In this document: one piece after another, positions 34,692 to 46,859 of the stretch | Position numbering within the stretch: position 1 is the first letter of the stretch | Layout of the letters: every line of letters begins with the position of its first letter | Assembly (NCBI RefSeq): GCF_001194135.2 | Contig: NC_068987.1 | Span: forward strand, 103,983,562 to 104,031,287 | Source: Octopus bimaculoides | Taxonomy: Eukaryota | Reading direction: 5' to 3' | DNA length: 47,726 nt | Program-made: the position numbers and the translations under genes | Notes under the pieces: generated by a model | Seen by the model: the letters and a program-made list of their open reading frames with translations, nothing else | Told to the model about the DNA's origin: nothing | The model's database searches: none

Positions 34692-34764
34692 GGTAAAGAA
34701 TATGCACACCCGGTGTTTGGGGTTAGGGTTACGCCGAAAACGGGTGGTGTGCGTATTCTTTACC
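34692..34764. mobile_element. 73-bp GGTAA-terminated mini foldback with a TTAGGG core
   Basis: TIRs GGTAAAGAATATGCACAC / GTGTGCGTATTCTTTACC (17 of 18 match); interior ggggttagggtta. Confidence 0.6.
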
Positions 34765-36199
34765 TCCACCAAAATTACTACCTGCTTTTAAAGCAAGGTG
34801 AGGCAGGTAGTTTATCCTGTCCTCCCTCCGACTTTTAGTTCATGCAATTGAAAAAACCGCATTATTTACGGGATGACCAAATATTTACAAGATAAATCAG
34901 ATTTTTAAATCTGAAAAAAAAAAAAGTAAAAAAAAAACAAACTGTGTTTTATTTTTAAAATTATTATTATTTTTTATTTGCAGAATTAAGATTTTGCAAA
35001 ACATACTCATCCGAAAAAATTACGATTTTTGTTGCACTAGATAACTTCCGACTCTATTCTATAGGAATGCCGTATTGTCCAGATTTCTTGTTCGTTCCCC
35101 AAACACAAGAACATTGTGGAAGAATCCCTATTTGGATCAAGCAACACGATCCTTAAATATCTGATACAATTACATATTATACTTAAAGATCACATTTTAA
35201 ATCCTATTAATTGTTTAATAATGTTTATATATGTATTTCATATTGTGGTTTTCGTTTATCTACTTTTGAATATACGGTGATATAAAATCACCCTTCTATT
35301 TGATTGTGGGATATTACAAGAACATAGAAATAGTTTTAAATTTCATATTCTGTCGATTCACAAAAAAATAATTTTAAAAAACGCATAAAAACCTGAACAT
35401 TTATTTTAATAATTTATCTCATTTCTGTTTAAATAAATTGAATATTATCTTCGTTTCTCCTTCATGTTTTCTTTTTACCTCAAAAACATTCTCTTAAATA
35501 ATCAGACCGTTAAAAAATAAATAAAAATTTCCCGTCCGACCGTTATGTTTCATTACAAAGGAAGAATAATTCAGCTTGACTTAAAAAGCAACAAAATAAA
35601 TTAAACAAATTACACATGCTATATTAGTAATTTTATACTACAGATTACCAAAAAAAAGTTGTTCCCTGTTCCTTCTTTCAATTAAAAAAAACCGAAACCG
35701 TTTTTTTTTACCTTCAGGTGAACTTAAATATCGCCGGAAGCCATGTTCCATATTTTTTTTTTGTTGCCAATTTGAAACCCTAACAATTACCATTTTATTT
35801 CAGAACTGAAATTTTAAATAAAAATGTAATTCAGAAAGAAACTTATAAAAGAAGGGCGATATCTATAAGTTTGAAAAAAAAAAATTGAAAATATTTAAAA
35901 CGAATCTGGGAATAACACGAACAGTTATTTGGTAGACTAAGTTTTCTCACTATACGTATAACAATGTAAAGTTGATAAAGAGTAAATATATATTATATAT
36001 GTGCAACTTACTGTTTTCCGATATCTTTCTTCTTCACTACTTGATATAAATAGATATAATTAAATTATAGGAATATGATGCCATTAACAGAAGCAAGAAA
36101 TTAATAAAGTCTTCTATAAGACATTACCGACAGTAAGGACAAACTAAGCGATATATATAAATAGAATTCATAACTAATCGATCAACTCAATAGCATTAC

Positions 36200-36340
36200 T
36201 TTCGTAGCTGATTCTGGAATAAATGTATATAAAATGTATGAAACAAAATTTTAGTCGTGTTAAATTGACGATAAAATTTGTGTAGCATCGTAAAGTAAAT
36301 ATAGTCGGTAATTTTTTAAAAGTAAAATGGCAGCGGTAGA
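36200..36340 (-). promoter_or_regulatory. Predicted non-coding exon 1 of ZNF-B
   Basis: Donor tcagctacgaaa|gtaatg; YY1-like AAAATGGCAGCGG at 36324-36336; flanking intron sequence is homologous to 18240-18320 (acaaactaag.gatata). Confidence 0.55.
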
Positions 36341-37405
36341 ACGGGATAAAATGTTATAGACTTAGTTTTAACTAATTTGGAGCGTATCGCTTTAAAATAT
36401 TTTTTTGGTTGCATTTTTTTTCATTATTTTCTTTACCATTAACACACCCATCACTATCATCATCACCACAATGGGCATCACGACAAAATAAATAGAAAAA
36501 AAAAAACTGTGCAGCAGGCTAAATACATGTATATTTACGGCAAATAGAAATGAAGTCACTTTCCATTGAAATAACACTAAATAATCAAATAAACAGGGGA
36601 TATCCGGACAGAAATAAATGTAGCGACGAAAGATGCGGGCTCTACTTCTTAGCTGTGCCAAAGAATTACTCTGGCAGTCGGTCATAGGCAAGTGCTTTGT
36701 ATTAATACACAAATGAAGAGAGCTGATGCATTAAAAAGTATATATATATATATGTATATATATAAATTAAATTTAAATAATTAGGGTGAAAAATTGATTA
36801 TTAATTTGATTAATATCAATTTAAAACAAGTGGCCAAGCATACTGAAAAAAATCTGAAGATTCAGAAAAATTATATTACATACATATAAGAGGGATGGCC
36901 ACTAAGTGGACATCCATTATGCTAGATGTAGACCCCATATGATCTGACCACCAAGAAAAAATTGTTCTCAAGAAAATTCAGCAAACGCCAGAATGTAAGC
37001 TAGCAAGACAAATGAAAAAATACAAAATATAAAGATTAGTCACAAACTAGATTTCATTGTTACCACTTACGTAATACTTACATATATATGTATGTATGCA
37101 TGTATGTATGCATGTATGTATGTATGTATGTGTATATATATATATATANNNNNNNNNNNNNNNNNNNNNNNNNNNNNNNNNNNNNNNNNNNNNNNNNNNN
37201 NNNNNNNNNNNNNNNNNNNNNNATATATATAATATAATATAATATAATAGTCGATTATAAACTGACAACACATTTATATAGCAGCAGTTGCCCGGGAACA
37301 AAATTCGCTTAGTGGGTGCAGACCTAGGTCCAAAATTTTTTATGGAAAATGTAGACTTTTTTCAATGTTAATATTAATACAAAAGCAGATACAATAATAA
37401 CTTTT

Positions 37406-37832
37406 GGTGCTACTTTGGCGTGTGATCTACAAGGGGGATTACTTTAGGTTACTTTTTAGTTGACTTATCAATTTCTAAAAACCCGTAAGATGTTGGTTAA
37501 AGGTTTTACAATGTGATCAGCGACGAGACGAAGGCAGTTGCGTTTTTACAAGAAACCAGCCCTAAATTCACATCATTTCTTAAGAAAAAAAGAAAGGCGC
37601 CACTTTGGCGTGTGATCTATAATTTAAAGGGAGATTACTTTAAGTTACTTTTTAGCTTACTTTGTGTTAGTACTACTTTCCGTGTGATCTACGTGAGCAA
37701 ATTTAGTTTGGTGGGTGATATACGTGCTTATTTTAATTATTATATAGTTTTCTTATTATTAAGATAGTAAGAATTTTGAAAAAATTCATCTACAAGTAAC
37801 CTCCCTTGTAGATTACACGCCAAAGTAGCACC
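37406..37832. mobile_element. Unclassified MITE with subterminal repeats
   Basis: About 38-bp TIRs starting GGTGCTACTTTGGCGTGTGATCTACAAGGG; gtgtgatcta repeated internally. Confidence 0.65.
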
Positions 37833-37847
37833 TAATTTTTATTATTA

Positions 37848-38990
37848 TGAGGGTAGGCTGAACTGTTCATAGGCTGAGCAAGACACTCTCATGAAATGTG
37901 ACCAAATGAAGTTCATTTTTTTAACATAGTTCCTCTTACTGTCCAAAAACATTTCCATCAGTGTTGCAGTGCTTGGATCGCATTGGTGAACAGCTATCTC
38001 ATTGGTAAAAAAAGTCATCAACTGCAGATAAGACATCATCATCACAGCGATACTAGTACCCAGCCAAGAGTTTTTTCCTGTTAGGAAACAGAGGAAACAA
38101 ATCACTAAAATAGGGGTGGGGTGATCAACCAGTTCAAAGCCACTCACGTTCAGCTGCCATTGAAACCAAGAACTTGTGTGCTGAAGCATTATCCCACTGA
38201 AACAAGATCCCCTTCTTCAGTTTTTTTTCAGGGTATTTGGCCTTGATAGCCTTTCGTAACAGCCTTAACAAGTGGGCTTGGGGCTCTCTATTGATGGTGT
38301 GATCATTTTGAAGATAGTCAATAAGCACAATGCTTTTTGCATTCCAAAAGACTGAGGCCATCACCTTCCCTGCAGACGAAACGACCTTGCTTTCTTTGGT
38401 GAAGAGAAGTGTTTCCACTGCATGGATTGCCTCTTCGCTTCTGGTTCAAAGCGATGAAACCAACACATCCTAGGTTAGGTAACGTTCAAAGAAACAAGCC
38501 GGATCTGCCTCAAACAATATCAGATATTTCCATAATGTGATCAGCCTGGTGCACTTTTGATTAAGTGTCAGAAGACGTGGCGCTTATCACGCAGAAACCT
38601 TTGTCGTGCTAAGTTCATTGTGCAGAATATTCTCCACTGTCTCTCGGGATATATTAATATCATTGATTATTTGCTTTATAATCAATCGGCTGTATCCATC
38701 ACCATGTGGTGAATTCGATCAATATTTTTCTCGGTGGCGGCAGCTGCAGGGCGTCCAGACCATGGATCTTCTCAAGACTCTCTCGTCCCCTGCTAAATTC
38801 AGCTGCCACTTTTGCACTGTTGATAAAGCTGGAGTGTCATCCCCTAATGTATCAATCATGTCAGCATGAACGTTCTTGAAAGCTAAAACATTTTTCTACA
38901 GGTATTTGATTCCAACACGATGCCAAATTTTGTCGCTTTTCATGAGAAGTTGCTGACAGTTACATTTGAAATTTCTCTGAATAATCAGAT
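37848..38990 (-). mobile_element. Near full-length decayed mariner transposon
   Basis: MKSDKIWHRVGIKY start at 38943; SAGKVMASVFW and ILFQWDNASAH motifs; HPxYS-type region; TA-TGAGGGTAGGCTGAA terminus at 37846; many stops and frameshifts. Confidence 0.85.
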
Positions 38991-40125
38991 GTCAGTTTAC
39001 CCGGAAAGAAATAATGTAATTATTAATTAATAAGTTTTGAAATTACGGCAAGCAAGATTTCACAGTCCTCGCATCTCACCTTCAACTCAGGTTGCTCAAA
39101 TCTTTTTTATTGCTCCCGCAAAATTATATGGGGTGTACTTGCACACCCTGTTCCCGAGTCTATGGATTAAGCTTTACGGAAGCACTCTGTATTTTAAGCA
39201 ACAAAAAATTACTTAACCTAAAACAAGAATGCTTTTTCTCTTGCAAGCACAAAATCTAAAAGTCGTTTGAATTCTACAGATACAGTTCTACATAGGTGAA
39301 ACAGTATAAGAGTTGATTGTATTCTTTTAGTTGAGTTTAAGTAACTGTTACGGGAACATAGAAACTTTTCAAATAACGGTGGTATAAAATTATTTTATCT
39401 TCACTGTATAAAAAACAACAAATCAATGTAAATACATGTAAAATTCTTTATTACTATTTATTACTGTGTGTGTGTGTGTGTGTTTCATCTACACAAACAC
39501 ACATATAGGCGAAATGAATTGCCGGAGCTAATCAGAGGTTTTGCAAGCTCTTCTAAATCCATCGCAATGCCGACCCCCCCCCCCCCNNNNNNNNNNGTCA
39601 GCAGGTATCAGGGTCACAAACGTTTCGCTCCTTACTCTGAACGCTTCGCTTGAGTGGAGCAGTGAGGACTGAACAATTCTTCGTCTTCGGAAGGGTGCCA
39701 CCTGCGCTCTCTTATCAACCATAACCAGCTTGAGCTGGTTTCAGCTGCCGTGCCTATCTACTTGATGGTGTAAAAGGTTGATAGTTGCAATAGAGACATT
39801 AGTCTCTCTCTATCACCTTTCAACATAATTATATATGAAGATACATTAGAACAATTTAACAACATAATAAAAATAAGGTTTATTTATGATGATTCTCGGT
39901 TTTTATAAGTCCTGTGTCATTCAGCTTAGCAGCCGCTGATTAATTTGTAATAGGTATTCGAAGATTAAGAGCTTCCTTAATGCATACCAAAGGAGCAAAT
40001 AGCCATCATATCGATAGCATCGTGGTGAAGAGTGTTTCGTTGAGGAGCGAAGTGTTGTCACGTCGAAGGTCTCTCGCTCAACTGACTTACAAAGTGAAAC
40101 AAACTCTTTAAGTACTAGTTTTACT

Positions 40126-40201
40126 ACGCATGCGCACTCAAGGGGCTTCCGGAAAGGCAAGTCCCTTGCGCATGTGCAGATAGTACTTCCTCAATGGCGG
40201 C
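40126..40201. promoter_or_regulatory. Housekeeping-type promoter motif cluster (NRF1-like x2, ETS, YY1)
   Basis: ACGCATGCGCA at 40126, CTTCCGGAA at 40146, TGCGCATGTGCA at 40167 and AATGGCGGC at 40193, within a CpG-richer patch. Confidence 0.45.
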
Positions 40202-40324
40202 TATAATTTCGCACCACTACAATGGCTTTCCTCAATTGTTTGGGCTCCAGGCCTTTCTTCTGTAAGGAAAGCGTACTGAGTTTTATTTCTTTTGGTGGTG
40301 GTGGTGGTGGTGGTGGTGGTGGTG

Positions 40325-41205
40325 GGGAAATGACTCTCAGCAAGTGTCCAAAGCTAGGGTTCCTGCCTCTTCCGGTTCAAACGTAAAAGTCTTGCAAACC
40401 TCCTCAACAGTAGTAGGCAGGTTTTGTAAATTCTATAGGTGATGCCAGATGGCCCTGGAGCTGAATCTGCGAGAGTTTTCCATCACAACCCTCACTTCGT
40501 CGAAAGTGAAATTTGCCATGTTGTAGGGGATGAAGAGTTGGAGCGTTGGCAGTGGAAAAGGACAATCTCCTAACGAAATTTCTCTTCTGGGTCTGCCATG
40601 TACTGCTGTTACTCTGCTCTCCACACCTTGCTTAGCCTTCCACTTTTGGCTTTCCGCTGCCAACTGAAAAGGGTTGTTAAAAAAGATCTTCCTTTGCCTC
40701 CACCCCACCTCTCTCTCCTTTTTCCGAAGTGACTCTGCCCTACAAAGCTGGTGCAGGTTTCATTTCAACTCCACGCTAAGTTGGTTTAAAGTCACTTTTC
40801 TTTCATCGTCTGGTTGCTTCCACCTTTACTTTAGTTGCTTTAGCTCTGTCCTCAATCCTGGCATCTGACGCTACTTCATATTAGAACCGTTCTGCTTGTT
40901 GCTTTTGCTTTCTTTCATATTAAAGGTATCTTGACATGTCTGGTATACCACTTGCATCATGGTTCTTATTTTCCTGGTAGCGTCGCTCTTCACAATGTTG
41001 TCCAGGATGATGTTCAAGTCCTTGACAAACTGGCCTATCAGAGGTCTGTCGCTGGTGACAAATTTAGCCTCGTTCTTTTCTCAAAGCCTTCGGGGCATTC
41101 AAGTTCATCTACTCTTCTTGTGTGTTGAGCAAGCTGAGAAGAGAGGCCCTGGGCACTGTAGTTTGCCTCCTGAACCTGGTCTTCCTCCGAGTGACAAGCA
41201 GTGCT
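40325..41205 (-). mobile_element. Hero-like (R2 group) non-LTR retrotransposon internal fragment
   Basis: LCRAESLRKKERE..FFNNPFQL and FTFDEVRVVMENSR/DSAPGPSGITYRIYKTC are pre-RT and RT domain-0 motifs; stops and frameshifts present. Confidence 0.65.
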
Positions 41206-41984
41206 GATACTCCCCAAACTAGGCCTGTGAGTAATGTCAGATGCCTTGCGTTTCTTTAGCTACTCTTTGCATTTCGATTTTCTTTGATAAATTTTCATGC
41301 CACATTCGCTTCTAAATTTGGTTAGCCTGCGTATCATTTCCATATAAAACCGAGTAACCATATTAACTCTACAATGAATCTGTTGCTGGGATGAGGTGAC
41401 GGTTAGTTTGCCAAAGCCGTGTATAAGTAGAGTATATCAAGAAACGTTTGAACATTGTCTATTATGCCACACTGGTCATAAAGAGATGTTCATGCATTCA
41501 ATATACATGTAGAATCATCAAGATGAAAATAGTGTAATATGACATGCAAAAAACTGGTTATCCAAAGCAGGATACATCATATTTCTTTCTTGCAAATCCG
41601 ATATGTTTAACATTAATATCATAATAGGTGCTATAGAAGGCCATTCAAAAACATGTCAATGAAAACAAAAGGCTACCAGTTTAAGAAAGTTCAGCTGTGC
41701 CATGTTGTTATTTAGATTCTGAAGCATGCAAAGTAAACAACGACAGTAAATGCTTGATGCAACAAAGAATTTCATCTAAATGTTTACGATTGGTGTTTCA
41801 ACTACACAATTTGGAGAAAATCTGATGTTGTAGCAGATTTTCTTGTGACTAAAGATGGAAGCAGAGAATAAATTATTGGAACCAATCCCCGACGGATCGA
41901 GGCTTGTCTTGTCAACACATATTTCAAATAAGGCCAGGAACTTCACGCAGCATCTGAAACAATAATATCAATAAATAATTAATA

Positions 41985-41994
41985 ATTAATAATA

Positions 41995-42051
<57 letters not shown>

Positions 42052-42264
42052 CCTTTCTAATAAAGGCACAAGGCCTGAAATTTGTGAGGAGGGGATAGTC
42101 GATTACATCGACCCAGTGTTTCACCGGTACTTAATTTGTCGACCCCGAAAGGATGAAAGGCAAAGTTGACCTTGGCGGAATTTGATCCCAGAACGTAGCG
42201 ACAGACGAAATCCCTCTAAACATTTTGTCCAGCGTGCTAACGATTCTGCCAGCTTGCTGCCTTG
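41985..42264 (-). mobile_element. SINE family A, full length with long (ATT)n tail
   Basis: Head ggcagcaagctggcagaatcgttagc; core ttgcctttcatcctttcggggtcga; tail at 41985-42050. Confidence 0.85.
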
Positions 42265-42281
42265 ATGATGATGATGATGAT

Positions 42282-42317
<36 letters not shown>

Positions 42318-42344
42318 AATAATAATAATAATAATGATGCATGC

Positions 42345-42745
42345 CTGGGGATGCACTCGTAGACAACAAAGAGCTGGAAAAGATGGACAAAAATACAAGC
42401 TACAAAATGACGAAATTGCAGGAATGTTGGCAATGAGTAGAGTAACTATTATTCCATTAGTTGTAGGGGCACTCGGAGTGCTAACGGCCAGGTTCGAGAA
42501 ATGTGTCAGGGAAAGTGAAATTGGCATGAGGGTAGAGCAGGCCCCTAAAACCTGTTCTATTGGGGGCAGCTAGGATTTTTGTGATTGGTACTTGAGTGTT
42601 GAGTGTCTTCCACAATAAGTTAACATCCAAGAACCAAAGCTTATAGTTTGCAGAAAAAGACACCGTGAGACCTCTGGTAACAGGTTGCTGCCCGCTCTTC
42701 CAGAATCAATTCGAGCAAGTAAGATCGAGAGCTCTGAGAAATTAA
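42345..42745 (+). mobile_element. R4/Dong-clade LINE 3' end (restriction-like endonuclease C-terminus)
   Basis: KDGQKYKLQNDEIA..VTIIPLVVGALG matches the EKxxKY..PxVxGALG motif; flanked on both sides by (AAT)n. Confidence 0.7.
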
Positions 42746-42962
42746 ATAATAATAATAATAATGATTTCAAATTTTGGTACAATGTCAACAATTTTTAGAG
42801 GAGTGGGTAAGTCAGTTACATCGACCCCAGTGTTCAACTGATACTTATTTTATCAACTCCGAAAGGAAGAAAGGCGAAGTCGAGCTCGGCAGAATTTGAA
42901 CTCAGAACTTAGCGACGGACGACTTGCCGCTAAGTATTTCACTCGGCAAACGATTCTGCCTT
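42745..42962 (-). mobile_element. SINE family A copy
   Basis: Family core sequence plus an (ATT)n tail that abuts the Dong 3' end. Confidence 0.8.
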
Positions 42963-43014
42963 AGTAATAGTAATAGTAATCCTTTCTACTAAAGGCACAA
43001 GGCCTGAAATGATA

Positions 43015-43460
43015 ATAATAAATGCCCTGATGCAGTACCAGGCAGTGACTTTCATGGCTTCTGATCTTAACTGATTGGAAGTGTTATCAAGTACACTGCT
43101 TTGTCTTGATATAAAAGATGGGCTACAGCAAATATTCTCTCAATACCACAGATTTGCATGTCACTTGTTTGACCTTAACCAGTTGAGCATGTCTCTTAGT
43201 GGCCGACGATAAGTACATCTCTGATCACGAGCAGAAGTAGTTGGGGAGCCTCATAGCCATGTGTTGAGAGGAGTTCTTTGAGGTTGGAATAAATCACTTC
43301 TGGAGGCGTGGGTGTTTTGATCATCATCCTTAAACAAACTTTATTCAGGGACCTTTTGAGCGCGATGGGCTACTCGACCTGAACAAAATTCTAATTGCGC
43401 TCCACCTGCAAGGTCACGCGCTACTTATCTTGGTATGAGATCACCATGTCACGCCATTTA
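43015..43460 (-). repeat. Unclassified retroposon-like repeat with (ATT)n tail
   Basis: GC-richer block ending, on the minus strand, in gcatcagggcatttattattatc; family not identified. Confidence 0.35.
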
Positions 43461-43859
43461 AATATATATGGACTTGTCTAGACATGCAAATATATGCATG
43501 GGAATGCATACATAAAACAAAATCTGCAAATCTGCACATGCACTGACTCCAAATACTGCATATGTACACATATACATGCAAAAAATACTCTGTTAATGTT
43601 GAAATTCCAATGAAGGAGCTTTGGGTCTAAGTTAGAAACCAGCTCTTTCTCCATTAGCAAGAAATCTTGAAATAAAACTGAATAATGGCATACACAGATG
43701 CATATATATATAAATATATATNNNNNNNNNNNNNNNNNNNNNNNNNNNNNNNNNNNNNNNNNNNNNNNNNNNNNNNNNNNNNNNNNNNNNNNNNNNNNNN
43801 NNNNNNNNNNNNNNNNNNNNNNNNNNNNNNNNNNNNNNNNNNNNNNNNNNNNNNNNNNN

Positions 43860-44307
43860 ATAATACGCAGGGGATTTTTAGGGAGCTGTACCTCTGAAAA
43901 ACCTAAACCTTGTGTATAATACGCACCCCTTCTCTAACTTGAGTCAAGGTGGTCTATATAACGTCCTTGGTTTGTAAACATATATACGGTAACGTCCTTT
44001 ATTATTATTGTATATACAACATAATGCAAACGTGTAGCCTTTTTTGTGCACTTTGCTTGCAGAAAATAAAGAAATAACAGTAATAACGTCAGTGAAAAAT
44101 AAATATAACTTATGGTATTAGCTTAAGGTATTTTCACGCCCGACATCACAAAATGCGTCTGAATAAACATTGCCGGACAGCAAATAGATACTCGGACATT
44201 ACTTAGAAAATATTTTTCATTTTTAACCTCGTATATAGTACGCACTAGGGATTTTGACCTTTAAATTTTAGGAAAAAGAAATGCGGATTATACTCGAGGA
44301 TTTACTG
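43860..44307. mobile_element. pogo/Tigger-like MITE, left end lost in a gap
   Basis: Right end reverse complement is TA-CAGTAAATCCTCGAGTATAA; tataatacgcac sub-repeats on the left. Confidence 0.45.
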
Positions 44308-45604
44308 TATATATTTTTTTCTGTAGTTCCAGCTCATAGCTGCGGCCATGCTTATGCATCGCCGTTTATATATATATATATATGTATAGTACACACTACA
44401 GGCAATTTTTGTTTGGTTTATATATAATTCTGAAATTACATTTGATGATTCTTACGTATAATGCACTCATAATTCTAAGTTTAAAAATCTGGGAAAAAGT
44501 GTTTAATATCCACGGATAAATATAATATATTTATAAACTTACTAAAAATAGCTAGAAACTATAGAACACTTGTAATTTCTATTTTTTATTTTTCCACATT
44601 TTTTTTAACATATGTGTGTTTAAATACTGACATCTGTCAATATTTAAGAGGTTTCAACAATGTATAGAGTGATGTCCCTTGTATATGAATAGTTTATACA
44701 GAGTGACCTCTCTTGGGTGCGAATCTGAATCGACACCAATATTCTATTCGGAAAAATATGAATAGTGGTTCTTTTTCGCACCACAGTTTCAACTTTTGGA
44801 CTGAAAATTTTTATAAGTGATTTCAGCGTGTTGAGCTATTGAAATGTAATGCCGAAATGAAATAAGAAACGTAAAAGTTCTCGTAGAGTCAGAAATATAT
44901 TGGAAAAGATAAAAATGATGACGAAGGTTAGTGGATATTTAAATTTTATTTGCCTACAAAAGATTTCATTACGTAGCGCTTTCTAACTTTTTTATTATTA
45001 ATTTCTTCAAGCAAGCACGAAATAGAGAGAGAGGCTTGAAAAATACATGTGGAAACTTAGGCACAAAGCCAACAATTTTGGTGGATGGAGGTTAGTACTT
45101 ACTGGTACTTTATTTTATCGACACTGGAGAGGTGAAAGACAAAATTGACCACGGCAGGATTTGAACTCAGAATGTAAAGAGCCGTTACAAATATCACAAG
45201 GCGGTTTTTGTTTTGACGCTCTAACGATTCTGCCAGGTTTCTGATAATAATGAGCTGCAATTTAAATATAAATTTGGTAAAATCCACAGCATGATTTCAA
45301 TACTTAATTGAAAGCGAAACAGTGCTGATTGACTAAAACTGAAACTGAAAATAAAAGCACAGTCCCATATGTAAAGGATCCTTACCTTTTTTATTATTAA
45401 TTTCTCATTAAAAAAAAGATGGTTGTGATTTTCGTAAGTGAATGTGAATGAACGGAAAAAAAACAAAAAAAAAAACTGCAGAAATTTTTTGCACAGATCT
45501 GTGTGGAAATTTTTCACCAAAGGGAGCCGAGTACGTTATCTCTGAAGAGCACCGATAAACCGTAAAACTGCCTGTCAGGAGACTCCCCAATTCTCTTTAG
45601 GAGC

Positions 45605-45770
45605 AGGCATGGCAGTGTGGTTAAGAAGTTCACCTCACAACAACCTATTTGCGGGTTCCTTCTCTTGCGTGACATCTTAGATAAATGGTTTCTACTATAA
45701 CTCCAGATCGACCAATGCTTTGTGAGTGAATTTGGTTCACAGAAAGTGTATTGAAATCCCGTAATATGTG
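45605..45770 (+). mobile_element. SINE family B 5' portion
   Basis: ggcatggcagtgtggttaagaag head; ctactata and gctttgtgagtgaatttgg; followed by (GT)n. Confidence 0.6.
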
Positions 45771-46140
45771 CGCGCGCGCGCGTTTATGTGCGTGCGTTTG
45801 TGTGTGTTTGTGTGTGCGGTTGCAATAGAATACGTACCAAGCTTTTTGAAAAAGATAATGTGTACTGGGTTTGATTTGATTGACTAAATCTCTTGATGTT
45901 GGTACCCGGTCATGACTGAAGAACAACGACTAAAAGAAGTTGAAGAATAAAATCAAAAGAGGTTGTTTAAATCGAAAAGATCCCCTCACGTTATATACTT
46001 TCAGGCGTTTTTGAGCAACATGTGATATAAGATGCAGTTCATATATCAATTTTGTGATATTATTCACGGCATGGTTACAACACTTGGTTGAAGACCAAAT
46101 ATCTCTCCCTTCAAAACATCTAGAAATAGGTGCTTAGAGT

Positions 46141-46370
46141 AAGGCAGCGAGCTGGCAGAATCGTCAGCAGGACGAATCAAATGCTTTGCAGCGTTTCGTC
46201 TCTCTCTACGTCCTGAGCTCAAATTCCGCCGGAGTCGACTTTACCCCACCTCATCCATTTGGCGGGGGTGATCGATAAAATAAGTGCTAGTAGAGTATTG
46301 GGGTCGATGTAATCGACTTTCCTCTTCCCTGAAATTTCTGGCCTCGTTCCAAAATTTTAAACCAATATTT
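46141..46370 (+). mobile_element. SINE family A copy
   Basis: ggcagcgagctggcagaatcgt...gagctcaaattccgccggagtcgacttt...ggggtcgatgtaatcgac. Confidence 0.8.
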
Positions 46371-46859
46371 GTAGAGTAGATGACAAAAGCAAATTAATAA
46401 CAACTTTCATTGTGCTGAACGTTGGCTGTTTTCACTTTCACGTTTTCAGATGAGAGTAATCGCCCTTTAACAGTGGAGATTTGTATGGACATTAAAATCC
46501 AGAAAAACATTTTTCCGGTTTCCAGATACCCGGAAATACTGTGCAATAGACTGTACCCAGTATTGAGAAAACAGACCCTGTTTTTGAAGTCGGCATACGG
46601 TGTGTTAAAAGTAGTTTTGTTCTTTCCTTTTTTTGAAGTAGAGTGATGAAAATTAAACCTACTCTGCTTTAGAATTGTATTAATTACTCTTAAATAAGTA
46701 CCAGTTACGCACTGTGGTCGATGTAATCGACTTAATCCCTTCCCCCAAATTTGAGACTTTGTGCTTTCAATAGAAAGGATTAATTACTATCGGTATCTGT
46801 AAAATAACATCGTGTTTGCTTTTCATTTAATTTTTATCCTACAAACATTATAGTGCATA

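Larger units (their letters stand above)
33120..34881 (-). mobile_element. Mariner transposon relic with nested insertions
   Basis: TA then TTTGGTCATCCCGTAAATAATGCGGTTTTTT TIR at 34881; N-terminus ILLYESNKGNNATESARNINAVYG; WVPHKL, LDRIVTGGEKW and LLSVWWD motifs. Confidence 0.85.

Noticed and set aside
39600-39720. Minus-strand gctcc...ggagc-GAAACG hairpin resembling a Penelope ribozyme
   Set aside because: No correctly placed CUGANGA and no valid NUH/stem I.
45530-45585. Hammerhead-like CTGAAGA...AAAAC...GTC
   Set aside because: It lacks G12, stem II does not pair and stem I is only 3 bp. At best a decayed remnant.
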